Assembly: GCA_004764695.1 (NCBI GenBank)
Contig: SMSO01000033.1
Location: 2,480,001-2,544,000 of the forward strand
Reading direction: 5' to 3'
DNA length: 64,000 bases
DNA from: Schizochytrium sp. TIO01
Lineage: Eukaryota; Protista; Bigyra: Labyrinthulomycetes
The stretch's first letter is position 1. Each line of letters opens with the position of its first letter. The notes beneath the pieces were generated by a model. The model searched no databases. It had not been told where the DNA came from and worked only from the letters and a program-made list of their open reading frames with translations. Positions 47,503 through 60,871 of this stretch are shown piece by piece. Position numbers and translations under genes: made by a program.

Positions 47503-49053
47503 TTAGATATCATCAGCGTTGATGCTGTTGACGTTTTCAATGATAGAAGAAAAGAGCGCATCGCCATTGATACCACAGGAATAATCGTTGTTAAGAAGGT
47601 CGTTGTCGTTTGTGAATCCTGCAAATCCGTCATCAGTAAGCGGCCAGGATGCTAAGATACTCCACATACAGCCCTGGTAGTTAGGACCGGGGCGAATGAT
47701 TGCACCCTCAATAAATGGTAAGCTAATGCGCTGAACACCCTCCTGTTTGGGTTTAAATCCAGCGTTATCCACGGAGGTGGTACTGCAGAGAATGATGCAG
47801 GCCTCCGGGTCATCCTTGCTTACCGTTTCAAAAGCCTCTGCAGGCGGGTGCATTGGGTAGTAGTCGTATGTAGGGCGCTTGGCAGTGCCATTGTTCTGTC
47901 CTCCGAGTTCCTGGCCCTTTGGGTTTTCGGGGAAAGATGACGCAGTAATGAGTTTGGTGTATTTCCATGTGAGCACAAATGTGCAATCGCGTGGGGGCTT
48001 TTCCTCATCAGTTTCGTTGTCGAGACGGTAGTCCTCAGTGTAGTGGAAGATGCGAAGCTCAGCATCATCAGAGGTTTGAAGTTCTTCAAAACCTGTGGGA
48101 ACCTCTGCAATTGTGATCTCGGCATTGTGCGTCCAGGCACCAGAATAGGCCCGCTTGTAGATGTCTGGAGCAGTCCATGCCTTCCAGATGCGTTTGCGAA
48201 GATCATGCATGCTCTCGGGACGCCATGGCATGTCGATACGCACATTGAAGCGTTTTTTGTTTGCAAAGTCGCATCCTCGGGGGAGCACCTGCACACCGAA
48301 CTGAGCAGGGCCACGAGTTCCCATATGGTTGAGTGCATTGTATTGAGACCAATGCCATGAGTTATCAACTGCACTTGTGTACGCAAGGCCAACAATCTGG
48401 CCAACGGCACTGTCACTTCCGCTACGCACAAGGCGGTACTGCTCCTCGCTGGTGAGTTTAGGGACAGCTCGTGTGGCGCTGACAATACTGCGAATGAAGG
48501 CCTTGTGCTTGCGAATTTCCACGCGCAAGAGTTCATTTTCCTTGCACAAATTGATTGAACCACAGTCACGCAGGGCTTGAACTTCAGTCTGGAGTTGGGC
48601 AATTCTCGCAAGGTAGGTATCACGATCCTTCTCCAAGGTTTCGTTGCGTTTCTTGAGCTCCTCGCGTTCACGCTTCCGTTTCTGACGAGTTGCACGAGAA
48701 GCAGCTGCGACGAGAGCTCTGCGGCGAGTCTTGTCCTCTTCGGGGCCCTTGCCACTTTTGGGCGCCCCAGGAGGTGATGCTCCAGATTGAGACTTTCCAG
48801 CTCTGCGCGATGTTTCTGAGGCATTATCGCCGTCGCTGAGGTCATCGCGGAGATCACGGGAATGGCTATTGACCATGTATGGTGCTGGCGAGGGCGTATG
48901 AACTCCCTGGCTATCGGCATCTGCGGGAACATGGTCTGAGAGGTCATCAGCTGCGAGAAGCTCCATTTCGGATGGGTTTAACACTAGATCAGCGGGGAAG
49001 AAGTTGCCTTCATAGAACCTCTCCCCCTCGGCATCGCTGTCCCAGTTCTCCAT
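47503..49053 (-). CDS. bZIP transcription factor (Val at the invariant Asn) with a large C-terminal globular domain
   Basis: Basic region KTRRRALVAAASRATRQKRK followed by the heptad L-x6-L-x6-Y-x6-L-x6-L. Acidic N-terminus. 516-aa ORF. Confidence 0.8.
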   Translation of the reverse strand: MENWDSDAEGERFYEGNFFPADLVLNPSEMELLAADDLSDHVPADADSQGVHTPSPAPYMVNSHSRDLRDDLSDGDNASETSRRAGKSQSGASPPGAPKSGKGPEEDKTRRRALVAAASRATRQKRKREREELKKRNETLEKDRDTYLARIAQLQTEVQALRDCGSINLCKENELLRVEIRKHKAFIRSIVSATRAVPKLTSEEQYRLVRSGSDSAVGQIVGLAYTSAVDNSWHWSQYNALNHMGTRGPAQFGVQVLPRGCDFANKKRFNVRIDMPWRPESMHDLRKRIWKAWTAPDIYKRAYSGAWTHNAEITIAEVPTGFEELQTSDDAELRIFHYTEDYRLDNETDEEKPPRDCTFVLTWKYTKLITASSFPENPKGQELGGQNNGTAKRPTYDYYPMHPPAEAFETVSKDDPEACIILCSTTSVDNAGFKPKQEGVQRISLPFIEGAIIRPGPNYQGCMWSILASWPLTDDGFAGFTNDNDLLNNDYSCGINGDALFSSIIENVNSINADDI

Positions 49054-50524
49054 GGTGGCGAATAGGAAAGAAAAAGAAGAATATTAAACAGATCTGCTTC
49101 AAGAGCAGCTCGAAGGATACACTAAAAAACCTAGAAGAAGAGCTACGTATGAGTAGCGCTCTCCGATTCGCTGTGATGCAACAAGTAGAAAACGAGTTCA
49201 CAAAGAATAAGATAGGAAAAGAGGTCTCCTTTCCTGAATGCCTATCCCAAGCAGAAGCAAAAATCCTGTCCACAAGCGAAACTTTAGCACCAGATCCTTG
49301 GTGCACGCTCTAGCAGAAACGCTGATGATAAGAGGTCCTTGCGGATTTGCGCTGAGCAGGAGACAGGCTCTGGAAAAGCAGGAAAAGGCAGCAAACCAGT
49401 GAATCACTGAATAAGTCGGAATCCCGCCTCTGAGGTTTCTGAGGCCTTTCGCGGGGCGCTTTGCGGAGAAGGTTTTAGAGCCTCCGCTTCCCACCAGTTC
49501 GGCCCTAGCCTCGCCTCGAGTCCACCGACGTTTCGAGGAGGATTTAGACGCCCGTCACTGAGTGAACGAGTGAACGCACGTGGAGTGAATAGCAGTCAAT
49601 ATGGCCAAGCTAGCGCTCTCGCTCGATGGCGCCCGTTCTGTCGCTCGCTGCTCTCGTCGCGGTAGAGAAGCAGGATCTGTCGTCCGGGGCGCGCAAGTTT
49701 TGACCTCTCACTGTCCCGTGGTCGCTCCTCGCTTGCCCGCTTGCTCCTTCGCTCGCTCGCTTGGCGGTCTGCCTGGAGAGGCTTTCTCCGAAGTGATGGA
49801 TCAATCAATCGATCGATCGATCGAATGAATAACTAACTAACTAACTAATTAACTAACTAATTGACTAACTAACTAATCAAATAAATAAATAAATAAACAA
49901 ATAAATAAATAAATAAACAAACAAATAAATCATTATTCATTAAAATAAAAGTAAAATAACAATTGTAATCTTTTGAATCATAAAAATATTGTCTTCTTTC
50001 ATTGATTTTTTCATGTTTTAACTCTAAACTAAACAGCAACCGCAATAAAACCAATAGTGCGTGTGATGAGCAAGCAACAAATAACTTGACTCAACATGTG
50101 TACGTGTAAAACAAAACAAAACAAAACACGAGGTGAACTAGTTTTCCTAAATACTTTTTTCTAAGTGCTTTCACACATTATTCTTTTCATAACAGCTGTT
50201 TTCCGAAATGATCAAAAGTGAAGACAGACAATCCAAGATGAGAAATGGAATGGAGCCACAGCAATCGCTGCGGACCAAGAGGCAACGTGGCCAGAGGAGG
50301 GCTTGGCGAAAGGACCCTCGCGAAACCCGATAGTCACGACCTCGCAACCGACCAATCAGCTTGCAGACGAATGAATCACTGACCCAACATACGCTCCAAA
50401 GGTAGCTTTCTTACGTTTTGCGATAAGCGCATACGCAATTGCAACCTTAAAGGAAGACTTCGAAGCGCTCAGTACACTTGGTAGCATAAAGGTAGGAACT
50501 TCTAATGTGAATATTATGAACTCG

Positions 50525-50829
50525 ATGAATGAATTACACAACAATGAATGTAGAACATAATGAATAAATGAATAAAATGATGAATGAATGAATGAATGAA
50601 TAACATAATGAATCAATGAATAACATAATGAATGAATGAGTGAATGAATAAATGAATGAATAACATAATGAATGAATGAATGAATGAATAAATGAATAAA
50701 TGAACAAAATATTAAATGAATGAATGAATCAATGAATGAATAATACAATGATTGAATGAATAATACAATGATTGAATGAATGAATCAATGAATGAATCAA
50801 TGAATGACACAATGAATGAATGAATGAAT
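50525..50829. repeat. Degenerate (GAAT)n compound repeat
   Basis: Seen directly, with taacataa / taatacaa interruptions. Confidence 0.9.
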
Positions 50830-51563
50830 GCGAAGAACTTGAAGCGGCCCGATGAAAGCACTGGGCGTGGCACACGCTGTGGTCTTCTGTTTGCAGGATC
50901 TCTGCGTTGCAGATGGCGCAGGGTGACTGACGAAAGTGTCGCGGGGGAAGAAGCGGAATTGAATCGAATTCGGAAGCCTCGCTTGGTGACAAATTGACAT
51001 TGGTGACAACTAGACTAGACCGCCCCGCTTCGCTGGTTTACATCTCCCACTTCGTCGGTGCGTGGCACGATGAAGGAGACAAAGCAAGCACGCAAGCGAG
51101 CGAGCGAGCGAGCAAGCAAGTAAACCAACGAAGTTAGCAAGCAGGCAAAAGCAAAACCACGTACCTACACATTTACATTGACACATTTGCAAATTCACAC
51201 ATTGACACATTTGCACGTTTGCATATTTACACATACACAATAACCCTCGAAGACATCTTCTGCCCAGCTCAAGCCTCGCGAAACGCGGTGCTCGAGCAGC
51301 TCGCTGGCATTGCGATCATGATATTTACAAACTGCGCTGGGTTGCAGTCGGCTTCGGCAAACCGCCCAGGTTTTGGCCAGCTCTGGCGAGCTCGATCTCC
51401 ACGATGCATCATCTGGCGCAGCACAATCTATTGTTGCCTCCTTACGAACCCGATGACTCTTCGAGGTCACTCAGAGATAGGAAATGGAGACCGCTAAAGC
51501 GGATTTGGTCATGCGCTGTTATTTCTACGGTGCGGTGTTCTTCATGTGATTGTACAGTGTGTA

Positions 51564-51725
51564 ATGCAATGCAATGCAATGCAATGCAATGCAATGCAAT
51601 GCAATGCAATGCAATGCAACGCAATGCAATGCAATGCAACGCAATGCAATGCAATGCAACGCAATGCAATGCAATGCAACGCAATGCAATGCAATGCAAC
51701 GCAATGTAATGCAATTCAATGCAAT
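51564..51725. repeat. (ATGCA)n / (ACGCA) pentanucleotide repeat
   Basis: Seen directly. Confidence 0.95.
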
Positions 51726-54700
51726 GTAAAGTAAAGTAACCCAATGAGAAGTAATGCGATATACAATGATGTAATGTGGTGGTGTGAAGAATTAATTAGC
51801 GGAATGAATCGGCGAGTCCAAGAATGTATGTGCAGCCGAAGGAAAGAGCGCAAAGGCCCTCACGGGCGTCGAAGAGGCCGATTGGAGTGACTTGGAGACT
51901 CGATCACGCGTGGATGGAGCCGTCTCAAGATTGTGCATCGGTCCTCAGCTGTCTGCTTTGATGCCCGTGTTTCATAACCATCTCGATTTTCCAACCATTT
52001 CTTCGCCTGTTTTATCATTTCAGAGCCAATTTTTCCTTTTTTTATTAAATAGATTAAAAACCTTAAATTAAAAAAAAACTCTCTCATAAAACTAATTTAT
52101 ATATTAGAAAACAAAGTTTTATTCTTATTTGATTGATAACTCGAATGTCGAACAGAAAAATACTGAAACCGGGGATCATGAACCCCCAACTAATCAAATG
52201 CATGAATAAGAACGATCTGCGAACACTGGAGCTGGAGCTCTTGATTGGCTTCGGTCTCTATTCGATCCCCATTTTAGCCAACCTCGAAGTGACCGCAGTT
52301 ACATCAACGTCGATCTTGCGATTTGCCTTTAAGCAGTTTCTCCATATATGCATGCATACATACCTAAAGTTTCTTCAGAACTGGGCATTAAAAATACATT
52401 TTAAAGTAAGTTTTTGGCGATTTATTATATCACGAAAAAAGAATGAAGGAGGCGCCCATAATCATTCGTCAGTCATCCAAACAATCACGATGGATTATAG
52501 CTCTTCTTCTCTGCTTCAACTTGGACGATGCAATGCAATTCTTCCGCCATACCTGCCTTTAGAATGGCGTGGACCATGGCGAAGGATTTGAGAGCGTGCC
52601 TTTCAGACCTTCGCCTCTGTAATCCTTATCCTGTCAAATCTCGTGGAGTGAGTTCCGCTTTCTTTGACCTTTGCACAAGCAAGGAAATGGGTGTCCTTCG
52701 ATCCAAGAATCGAAGATGAAGTTGAGCTCACGGTACCTAAGCTTTGTTCGAACCTTGAGGATCAATGCTCGCTCTGGACTTGATTCAGACTGCGATTTTG
52801 ACCTAGTAAACTCAAGAAGGAAGGCTCGATCAAATTGGCTTCGAAAGCAGCAATGAACTTGGCAACGCCAAGGTCTTCCTGGACAAACTGGCTTGGCTTA
52901 GCCCCAAATTGAAGAGCGATTGTCCTTTGTCTCGCTGAAAGTTTCCTAGAGGATGTAGATTTGGATTTTCAATCGAAATTGAGTTTTGGCAAACTTACGT
53001 TAACTCAGAGGGATTGCAATTGCCCGTCCTGCCAAAGCTCTAAATGGAGCAGAACGGACAATCTCCTGGAGGGAGGACTGACTGACTTGAAGCGTGTGTC
53101 CTCTCAAAAACGCATTAGCTTTCATCACATGGCTTTGCTTAAACAACGGCAGCGCAGAAGCAGATCTGTTCGGAGATTATCATCGTCATCTTCAGACTTC
53201 GCGCTTTGCATTACATTCGAGCACTTCTTCTTCACTTTTGTTTTATTTTATCTCCAATTTCTGATAAAGAAGATTAATTAAACTTTTGAAAAATGAGCTT
53301 TCTAATTATTTTCATTAATATGATTTTTGAAAATATTTTTTAAAAAATATATAAAAAATTAAGTTTTCATAATTTTTCACAAATGAATTAAAGTGATGGG
53401 CTTCGTTGCGACCCACACGAAGCATAATGTGATATGCATGACCTCGCGAAATCTGATTCGGCTCTGCGTGAAGAACCTCTCGATTTGATAAAGTAAGAGG
53501 TGGCGTCGAGGGATTTACATGGTCCGGCAATGTTCTGCCTGCAAAGTTTAAGTTTGACAAATTGACTCGCAATGTCGAAGTACCCGTCTGGCGTGTGTCA
53601 CGGCACCCCGCAGCTTCACCCACTTCAGACACAAGCACACTGACTCAATTGAGAGGCAGTCATGATGTGTCTGGATTAGTGTCTGTGGGACTTAAAATAG
53701 GCTACAAAGGTGGAAAATAAAGTGGCAGTTCTGAGAATGCGCTATTCTTTAGAGGAGATGTCCTGGATAAAATAAATCACCCTCTACTCACAACAACACT
53801 GCACCACATACACTGAGATCACGTCGCACACCAGGGCGCGATTGAATTTGTATATGGAGCTGTGTAGCAAAACTCCGCGAGCCCGAGTCTTGCCCTAGAA
53901 ACGGCTTTGTTTGTAATAGAAACTCAAAGGGATCATTGCGATGATTGGGCAATACACCAATGTTTCATAATACACTAATATAGACTCCGAAACCACAGGT
54001 TTAAGCTACAAATAACGCCCAGGTCTGCGAGGTTTGGTCTGGGCTTTGACATTGTTTACTTATATCATGAATAGCATGTAACATTAGCCTATTGTAAGAA
54101 GAAATCACTGACAAATTATGCTACCAGAAAAAAGTGCTACTATCGTGGATCGTCTCGACGAGAAGACGAAGCAACTCGAAGTGCTATCGCCAAGACCTAC
54201 ACTCCTTATCTATTTACTTGTTTAGAGGTCGGCTCAGAAGACACGCTTCGATGTTGTGCATGTCGGAAGAGGCCTTTGGCAATAGGTTATGCGAAAGTTT
54301 ACCATCGTGGGAATTTCATTTTCGTCTGATAGCAAATATCAATTCAGGAGGTAGTATTAGGTAAACAGCCATTAGTAGGTATCTAACGAGTAATCTTTTC
54401 GAATGAAAAAGAAAACGTGAGAAGAAATCGTAAGAAGATAGAAAGTGTTAGCACCTCCATTATATTCCTCGCAAATGAAGAAATTATGGGTTTGGCATAA
54501 ATTTTAGCCCATTTGACACTTCAAATCAGCCCTTATACAGGCAAGAATCACATAATAAGGGTGCTTGGTTTCGGAATGAGTCGCCATTCTGCATTTATAT
54601 TATTCATATGTATATATATACATATATCCTTCTTTTTCTTAATTACTCGAAAAAATTTAATCAAAATAGTAACAATGATTCATATACTATGCCTATATAA

Positions 54701-57700
54701 CGTAAAATTATGATTTCTTTGAATGATGTGTAACTTTGGTATAACTTATGCAATTTAATTTTAATTAAAAATAAACTGTCTATGCTTTTCTTTATCGATT
54801 GTGAGTGAAGAAAGAACCTCAGGAATCGAAAGAAGAACTCTGCTGTACGAGACGGCTCTCACGCATGACAATGAATCTATATAGCTTGCTCCCTGGTGTA
54901 AACATGGCAAGTCCAGAGCTTAGAGAGCGGAAAGTGGCACGGTCTCGGGCTTTGTGAAGATCGGCCGTTTGCTCATTCGGCGATCTTGTCACTTTAATTT
55001 CACTGCTTTAATTTTTATTTTAATTTTAATGTGAATAAAAATATATTCATTTTCATTTAATTAAAAACAACATATGGTAATATGCGATTTGCAGTCAAAA
55101 ACAACAGTTTTAGGTTTTGGTTTGTAAAGTTTACTTTTCATTTATTAAAATCAGTGTAATCGGAGCACTAATAATTTATAGAATCGAGACGACTGTTTGG
55201 ATCGATAGGCGCACGTCCATATACTTCAACTCGCGCTCGATATGGGCACCGACGTGCTCTTATTGGCTGTTTTAGTGAAGGTTTGTTTGTGATATGTCGG
55301 AGACATTTTACTCAGGTCTTCTGACACTTTTATGCGATGATGCACGTCGTACCTAGCGACAAGGCTTGCGATTTATAACAATTCTCCATGAAAATTGAAG
55401 CTTGCGATCGCAGCACAGTCTAGCTAACCACGTACTCGCGCTCAAAGCAGAAGACAGATTTGCTCTTCAGAATAAACCAAAATGGCATCCTCTGTGCAGC
55501 TCAAGTTGCGAGGCCAGAAGCGGCAGGTGCTTCTCAACATGGAATGTGGGATGGCATTGGTTCATTACCTTGTCCCCTGCCTGAGAACCAAATCCAAAGC
55601 GTCAAGGGGGACCTGCCTGGTGAGCGCGAAGCGATGCACTCAGTGGCGCAGAGTTTTATAACCTGACTCGAAGCGTTGGCAGTGGTGAAGAGGGCTCCCG
55701 AGATAGATTCTTGTTCATTCATTTGCATTCATGAATTGGCCAGTTTCTGATGAGAGGATTTTGCCCAAAAGAATGAATCATACATACACACACACGCGCA
55801 CACACATACATCGATATCCCTGTGTCTCTAAAGCGCAGTTCGTCCGAAACCATGGCTCGCCGAGATGGCGCTGGTGCTTGGCAGGCTTGAGCCGAGTTTA
55901 CTGACGCAGATGCTCGACTGTGGCACGTAAGCTGTCCTGGGTTTCAAGATGGACTGTGTAGGAACTGGGGTCCTGCTTGAAGATCTCCAAGAACTTGACA
56001 GCCAGCCAAATAGATGGCCGACAAAACTGAAGAAAGGCCTCGCTCGCAAGCAAGCAACTTGGTGTGCGAGGGCTGCTGTTCCTTAATTCAAGGCCGTGGC
56101 TTCCGAGTCACCACCACGAGGCCGACGACGCCCAGTTCTGCGCATTCATGTTACAAGCTCAAGCTGGTTCTCTGCCTTGAAGTTGTTGCAGCAGATCATA
56201 ATTTTCTTACGTGGGTGTGCGCCCTGAGTGTTAGAGACCACGCTGGTCTCCTCAATGCGCTCTTGATCGCTCGCGAGGTTTTCCGGTTGAGGATCAACAT
56301 CGCAGGATTCAGGCGCGAGGCCGAATATGGCTATGGTTGATCGTGATTCTTGACGTCTCGTAGCACATCTGGAATTGAGTGGTTGCTTAGAAGCCAATGC
56401 ACACAGATGCTGCCACATGGCCGGCCTCGAGCTCGCGTACAAAAGCTCAACCATGGATGTGCTGTTTTCTGTTTTGCGTAGTCTGACAACCTGGGAAGGT
56501 GACAGCATGTTCAAGCTTTTCGGTTTGCCTAGGGGATGTGTGTTTTTGAGCAATCTTGTGCATTTTGAAGCCGTGAAAGCTCTTAAGTTTTGACACGGCA
56601 TTTGGCCTTTACAGTGAGTGCTCTTGCGACCACTGAGATAGTTTGTCAAACTCTCGCAGACCAGCCTTGACAGCGATGATGAAGGCGGCGGAGGAGGTCT
56701 TCTCAGCCAGCTTTGGTGACGCCTCGCCAACTTATGAAGTTTACACTCAACAAATCTTCTCCATCAAATCGACCTCAAGGCGTACCTCGCGAGTATTTCA
56801 TGGCTCTCACTCAGGAAGGGTATATACTGCTCCTCGGCGACGCCGACACCCGCTAATAGTTTGCAATCCTGACTTGACATATTGATCGATCGATGCTTCA
56901 ACATTCAGAACAGGATCAGCCTCGGCCTTGGGAACCTCGGTGCCGAGGACTGCTGCTGCTTTTGCCGAGGTTCGCTACGAAGAACCTCACGAAAAACCCC
57001 AACGAACATGAGCACAAGAACTATTTCGAGGGTGCCTGAGCTCCGTCGCTACTCTACCTCGTTGCTCTTTGTGGCATCGCTGTAGAACGAGGCCAAGAAC
57101 AATTCGCTACGTACGCCGGCATCCTCAACTAACCCGAGCATCGTATTGAGCCCAATACCAATGCCATGACGAACTCTCTCTCTCTCTCACCGTCGTCGAA
57201 GAGCATCTCTGAGAACGCGAAGATCAGAGAAAGCTTCTTCGTCGAGATCACAGTGTGTGCAAGAACTTCGACGATATGGCGCTTCGCTGCGCTTCTGTGG
57301 AACTGCATAGAACAGCTAGCATCTATAGACGCCAATATACATCCCAAGCACGAGTTCAAGGCTGTGGCCATTGGCGTCAACGGCGTCAACGGCGTCAACG
57401 ACGTCAACGACGCCAACGGCGAGCAAGCACTTGTGCAGGCATCGATTAGGGGTCTGTGATTAATGAATTGACAGCGAGCTCGCAGGGTTCGCGAGGTAAT
57501 GCGTCAAATTGCCCGAAGCGAGTAAACTAATAATGGACAAGGCCAATTGCCTTTGGGCCCGTCATTCATTGCAGATCAATGACGCGGACAGCGTAGAAGA
57601 GACCATCCATCGCGAATGAGTCGAAAAGCTCGCCAGTCTCGTCGTCTTGCACGGGGTCGAGGTGAATTGAAACGAGCGCGAGTGGGATTAGAGCATATCG

Positions 57701-58195
57701 ATCCTGATTGCGTTTTTGTAGTTCCTTTAATTTACATGTCAATGAAAACAAAGTTTACCGGAAAGACACAGCTCTGAAGACGGTATCTTGCAAAACGAAG
57801 CTCTTCGAAGCAGTTCGTTCGTTTGTTTGTTCTTATTAGACCTTCTCCGTTTTTATGCGTTCTTTAAGGCCACGCAGAGAGAGGCACTGTATCCTTGACG
57901 CCTTGACGCGTATATCAGTGCCTACTTAGCGCTTAGAAGGCACATGAACCGTCGTTGAGCAAGATAGTATAGGAAAAGATAATGAATGATCTTTTACATT
58001 ATTGTTAGTGCCATTGATGAAGAAAAGGAATTTCTTTCTTTTATCTTTTATGGTGAATCTCTCTAAAAAGAAGGAAAAGACAAATTTTGGGCGCCGAGGC
58101 CCTCGGAGGAGCGACGTTGAGAGTGCAGCAAACTCGTTTGGATTGGCTTCTGTGCAGGTTCGCGAAGCCGACCCCGTGGTTGGGCTTTGAAGTTG

Positions 58196-60871
58196 ATGCG
58201 AGGTGGCTTAGGAGGCATGGGAGCTGGAGGTCGCGGAGGCATAGGCGGCGGAGGAGGCCGCAGCCGCAAGGTAGGCGGCCGCAAGGGCGTCTTGGGTGGC
58301 AGCTCTGATGAAGAGCTCGTCAAGGCCGACTGGAGCGAGCAAGAGATGATTGATCGAGACTCACTCGAAATTCGCAGGCTCAGGGCAAATGTGGCTGTGC
58401 TCTTGATCACCGCAATTTTGGACGTGGCTGCGGCATTTTATGGAGCCCAGACACACGACAAGGCCGACAAACCCTTCTCGCTAAGAGATTTCGACCTCGC
58501 AAGAGATCTTAACGATGTCCTTTTATTTGTGTTTATTCGTACAGCAGTCATGGTCGTTGTGGCCGCTATTGTGCTCATGGGTCCAAAGTACTCCTGGGCG
58601 GCGCGCGTAGGATACTGGACTTCTTACTCTGCGCTCGTGTACGCGATTGGAAAACTCATTGCCTTCGACTGGTCAACATCGAGCACACGCACGTACATCG
58701 GACTCTTCGCATGGATTGCTCTCGGTGTCGGCGAGATGGTCACCCTAAACTCTATTACATTCTGGCTTGAGGAACGTAAACGTTGGAGCAACGGCGACGA
58801 CGAGGACGATGAAGACGCAACCTCTACTAATGGCCAAGACAACTCAATGTCCGGCATTGTGGACCAAGAAGCAGGTCTTGCCAGCACTGGCAATGGCAAC
58901 GGCAATGATAATACAGTACCTTTACTTAACAGCACAGGCCAAACTCGCGTGAAGCTTGTACCGCCCAGCATGCTCAAGAAGCAGGATGATCCCAAGTCCA
59001 GCAAACCGGCCCAACTCTCCAACACAGGCCTGATGCGTGTGATGAAACCTTACTTCTGGCCCCGTGGATTCCTTAACAAGGTCCGCTGTGCATTGACTTG
59101 GGTTTTTCTTGGTCTTAGTAAGGCCAGCAACCTAATGAGCCCTATTTACATTGGTCTCGCTGTCCAGGAACTCTCCGAACCGGGCAGCACCGAAGGTTCT
59201 GTTTTCATGCATATCTCTCTCTATGCCGGGCTTTCTCTTGTGTCTAAGCTTCTTAAGGAGATGCAAAACGTAGTGTACCTTAAGGTGAAGCAGACTGCTT
59301 ACGTTGAGGTCGCTGAAGAGACTTTTACACATCTCCATTCGCTCTCTCTCGAATGGCACTTGAAGAAACGTATGGGTAACGTGCTACGTAGTATGGACCG
59401 TGGTGTCAGCGCGGCCAACACCCTGGTAACATATTTGTTTCTTTATCTTTTACCCAGCGTTGCAGAGTGCGTTATAGTTTTTATCATCTTTTACTCCCAC
59501 TTCAACATCCCAACTGTATCTGCAACTGCCTTCGTTTCCTTCGTTGCGTACTCTACTCTCACTGTCCAAATCACTTTGTGGCGTAAGAAGTTCCGTGAGA
59601 AGACCAACTTACATGACAACGAAATTTCTGCACGTGCTTCTGACAGCCTCATCAACTACGAGACGGTCAAGTACTTCACGGCAGAGAAGTATGAGATTGG
59701 TCGCTACAGCGAGTCCATTTACAATTTCCAAAAGTACTCCGTCAACACGGCTTACTCGCTTTCTTTCCTCAACTCCACTCAGAACACCATCATTCAGCTT
59801 TGCACGGCCATTTCACTTTGTGTCGCAGCACATGAGGTCTACATTGGTTCTGGCAAGCTTACGATTGGTAGCTTCGTTTCAATTTCCAGCTATATCAGTA
59901 ATCTGTTTGCTCCCCTGAGCTTTCTTGGCTCTGTTTACAACGCAGTCATCCAGGCTCTGGTGGACATGACAAACCTTTCTGAACTCTTGGCTGAGAACCC
60001 GGACCTCGTTGACGCGCCGAACGCAAGGGCCCTTGTCGCTGTACCTTCTGGACGCCCGGGTGCTTCAATTGAGTTTCGCAATATTTTCTTCCATTATCCG
60101 ACTCAGCCGCCTTCGTCTGGCCTGCACAATGTTTCGTTTAGCATTGCCCCAGGTACTACTACTGCGATTGTCGGTTCTACAGGCAGCGGAAAAAGCACTT
60201 TGACTCGTTTGCTGTTTCGTTTCTATGACCCTCTCGAGGGCCAGGTCCTCATTTCTGATCAGGATATTAAACTTGTGACTCAGAACTCTTTGCGTCGGGC
60301 CATTGGCGTCGTGCCGCAAGATACTGTGCTCTTCAACGACACAATCATTCACAACATCCGATACGGCAATCAGGAAGCAACAATGGAACAAATCATTGAC
60401 GCTTGTAAATCCGCTCAGATCTATGAGTTTATTTTGAGCCTTCCTGAGGGTTTCGAGACTATGGTTGGTGAGCGTGGTCTCAAGCTTTCAGGTGGTGAAA
60501 AGCAACGTGTTTCCATTGCTCGCTGTTTACTTAAGGATCCTCCTCTGGTTGTACTCGACGAGGCAACATCTGCTTTGGATAATGTGACTGAGCGCTCCGT
60601 GCAGGCCGCGCTTAATAACCTCACTGAGGGCACTACGAGCACGACCAAGGTCGCTCGTACCACGATGGTCATCGCCCATCGTTTGTCAACCATTCAGTCT
60701 TCTCAACAAATTGTCGTCCTAGAAAAGGGTAATTTGCTAGAGAAGGGCACACATACGGAACTTTTAGCGAAGGAGGGAGCTTATGCTAACTTGTGGCACT
60801 CTCGTCTAGAGAAAGAACTTCTTGCTGAGGCAGAGCAACAGGCCGACACTTCGGAAACCTCTGAATCTTAA
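58196..60871 (+). CDS. ABC half-transporter, subfamily B, ABCB6/HMT1-like
   Basis: Extra N-terminal hydrophobic domain; TMD motifs LHSLSLEWHL and DSLINYETVKYF; Walker A GSTGSGKS; Q-loop GVVPQDTVLFND; signature LSGGEKQR; Walker B VVLDEAT; IAHRLSTI. The start codon is uncertain (58196 or 58218). Confidence 0.92.
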   Translation: MRGGLGGMGAGGRGGIGGGGGRSRKVGGRKGVLGGSSDEELVKADWSEQEMIDRDSLEIRRLRANVAVLLITAILDVAAAFYGAQTHDKADKPFSLRDFDLARDLNDVLLFVFIRTAVMVVVAAIVLMGPKYSWAARVGYWTSYSALVYAIGKLIAFDWSTSSTRTYIGLFAWIALGVGEMVTLNSITFWLEERKRWSNGDDEDDEDATSTNGQDNSMSGIVDQEAGLASTGNGNGNDNTVPLLNSTGQTRVKLVPPSMLKKQDDPKSSKPAQLSNTGLMRVMKPYFWPRGFLNKVRCALTWVFLGLSKASNLMSPIYIGLAVQELSEPGSTEGSVFMHISLYAGLSLVSKLLKEMQNVVYLKVKQTAYVEVAEETFTHLHSLSLEWHLKKRMGNVLRSMDRGVSAANTLVTYLFLYLLPSVAECVIVFIIFYSHFNIPTVSATAFVSFVAYSTLTVQITLWRKKFREKTNLHDNEISARASDSLINYETVKYFTAEKYEIGRYSESIYNFQKYSVNTAYSLSFLNSTQNTIIQLCTAISLCVAAHEVYIGSGKLTIGSFVSISSYISNLFAPLSFLGSVYNAVIQALVDMTNLSELLAENPDLVDAPNARALVAVPSGRPGASIEFRNIFFHYPTQPPSSGLHNVSFSIAPGTTTAIVGSTGSGKSTLTRLLFRFYDPLEGQVLISDQDIKLVTQNSLRRAIGVVPQDTVLFNDTIIHNIRYGNQEATMEQIIDACKSAQIYEFILSLPEGFETMVGERGLKLSGGEKQRVSIARCLLKDPPLVVLDEATSALDNVTERSVQAALNNLTEGTTSTTKVARTTMVIAHRLSTIQSSQQIVVLEKGNLLEKGTHTELLAKEGAYANLWHSRLEKELLAEAEQQADTSETSES

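Noticed and set aside
47820-48947. 375-aa same-strand alternative-frame ORF within the bZIP gene (also the antisense ORFs over GPI, WDR46 and Mpv17)
   Set aside because: Shadow ORFs caused by codon bias; no domain signatures.
56146-56730. 194-aa ORF (also the 164-aa ORF at 23622-24116)
   Set aside because: Non-ATG starts, no motifs and no evident codon bias, so they are not supportable as genes.
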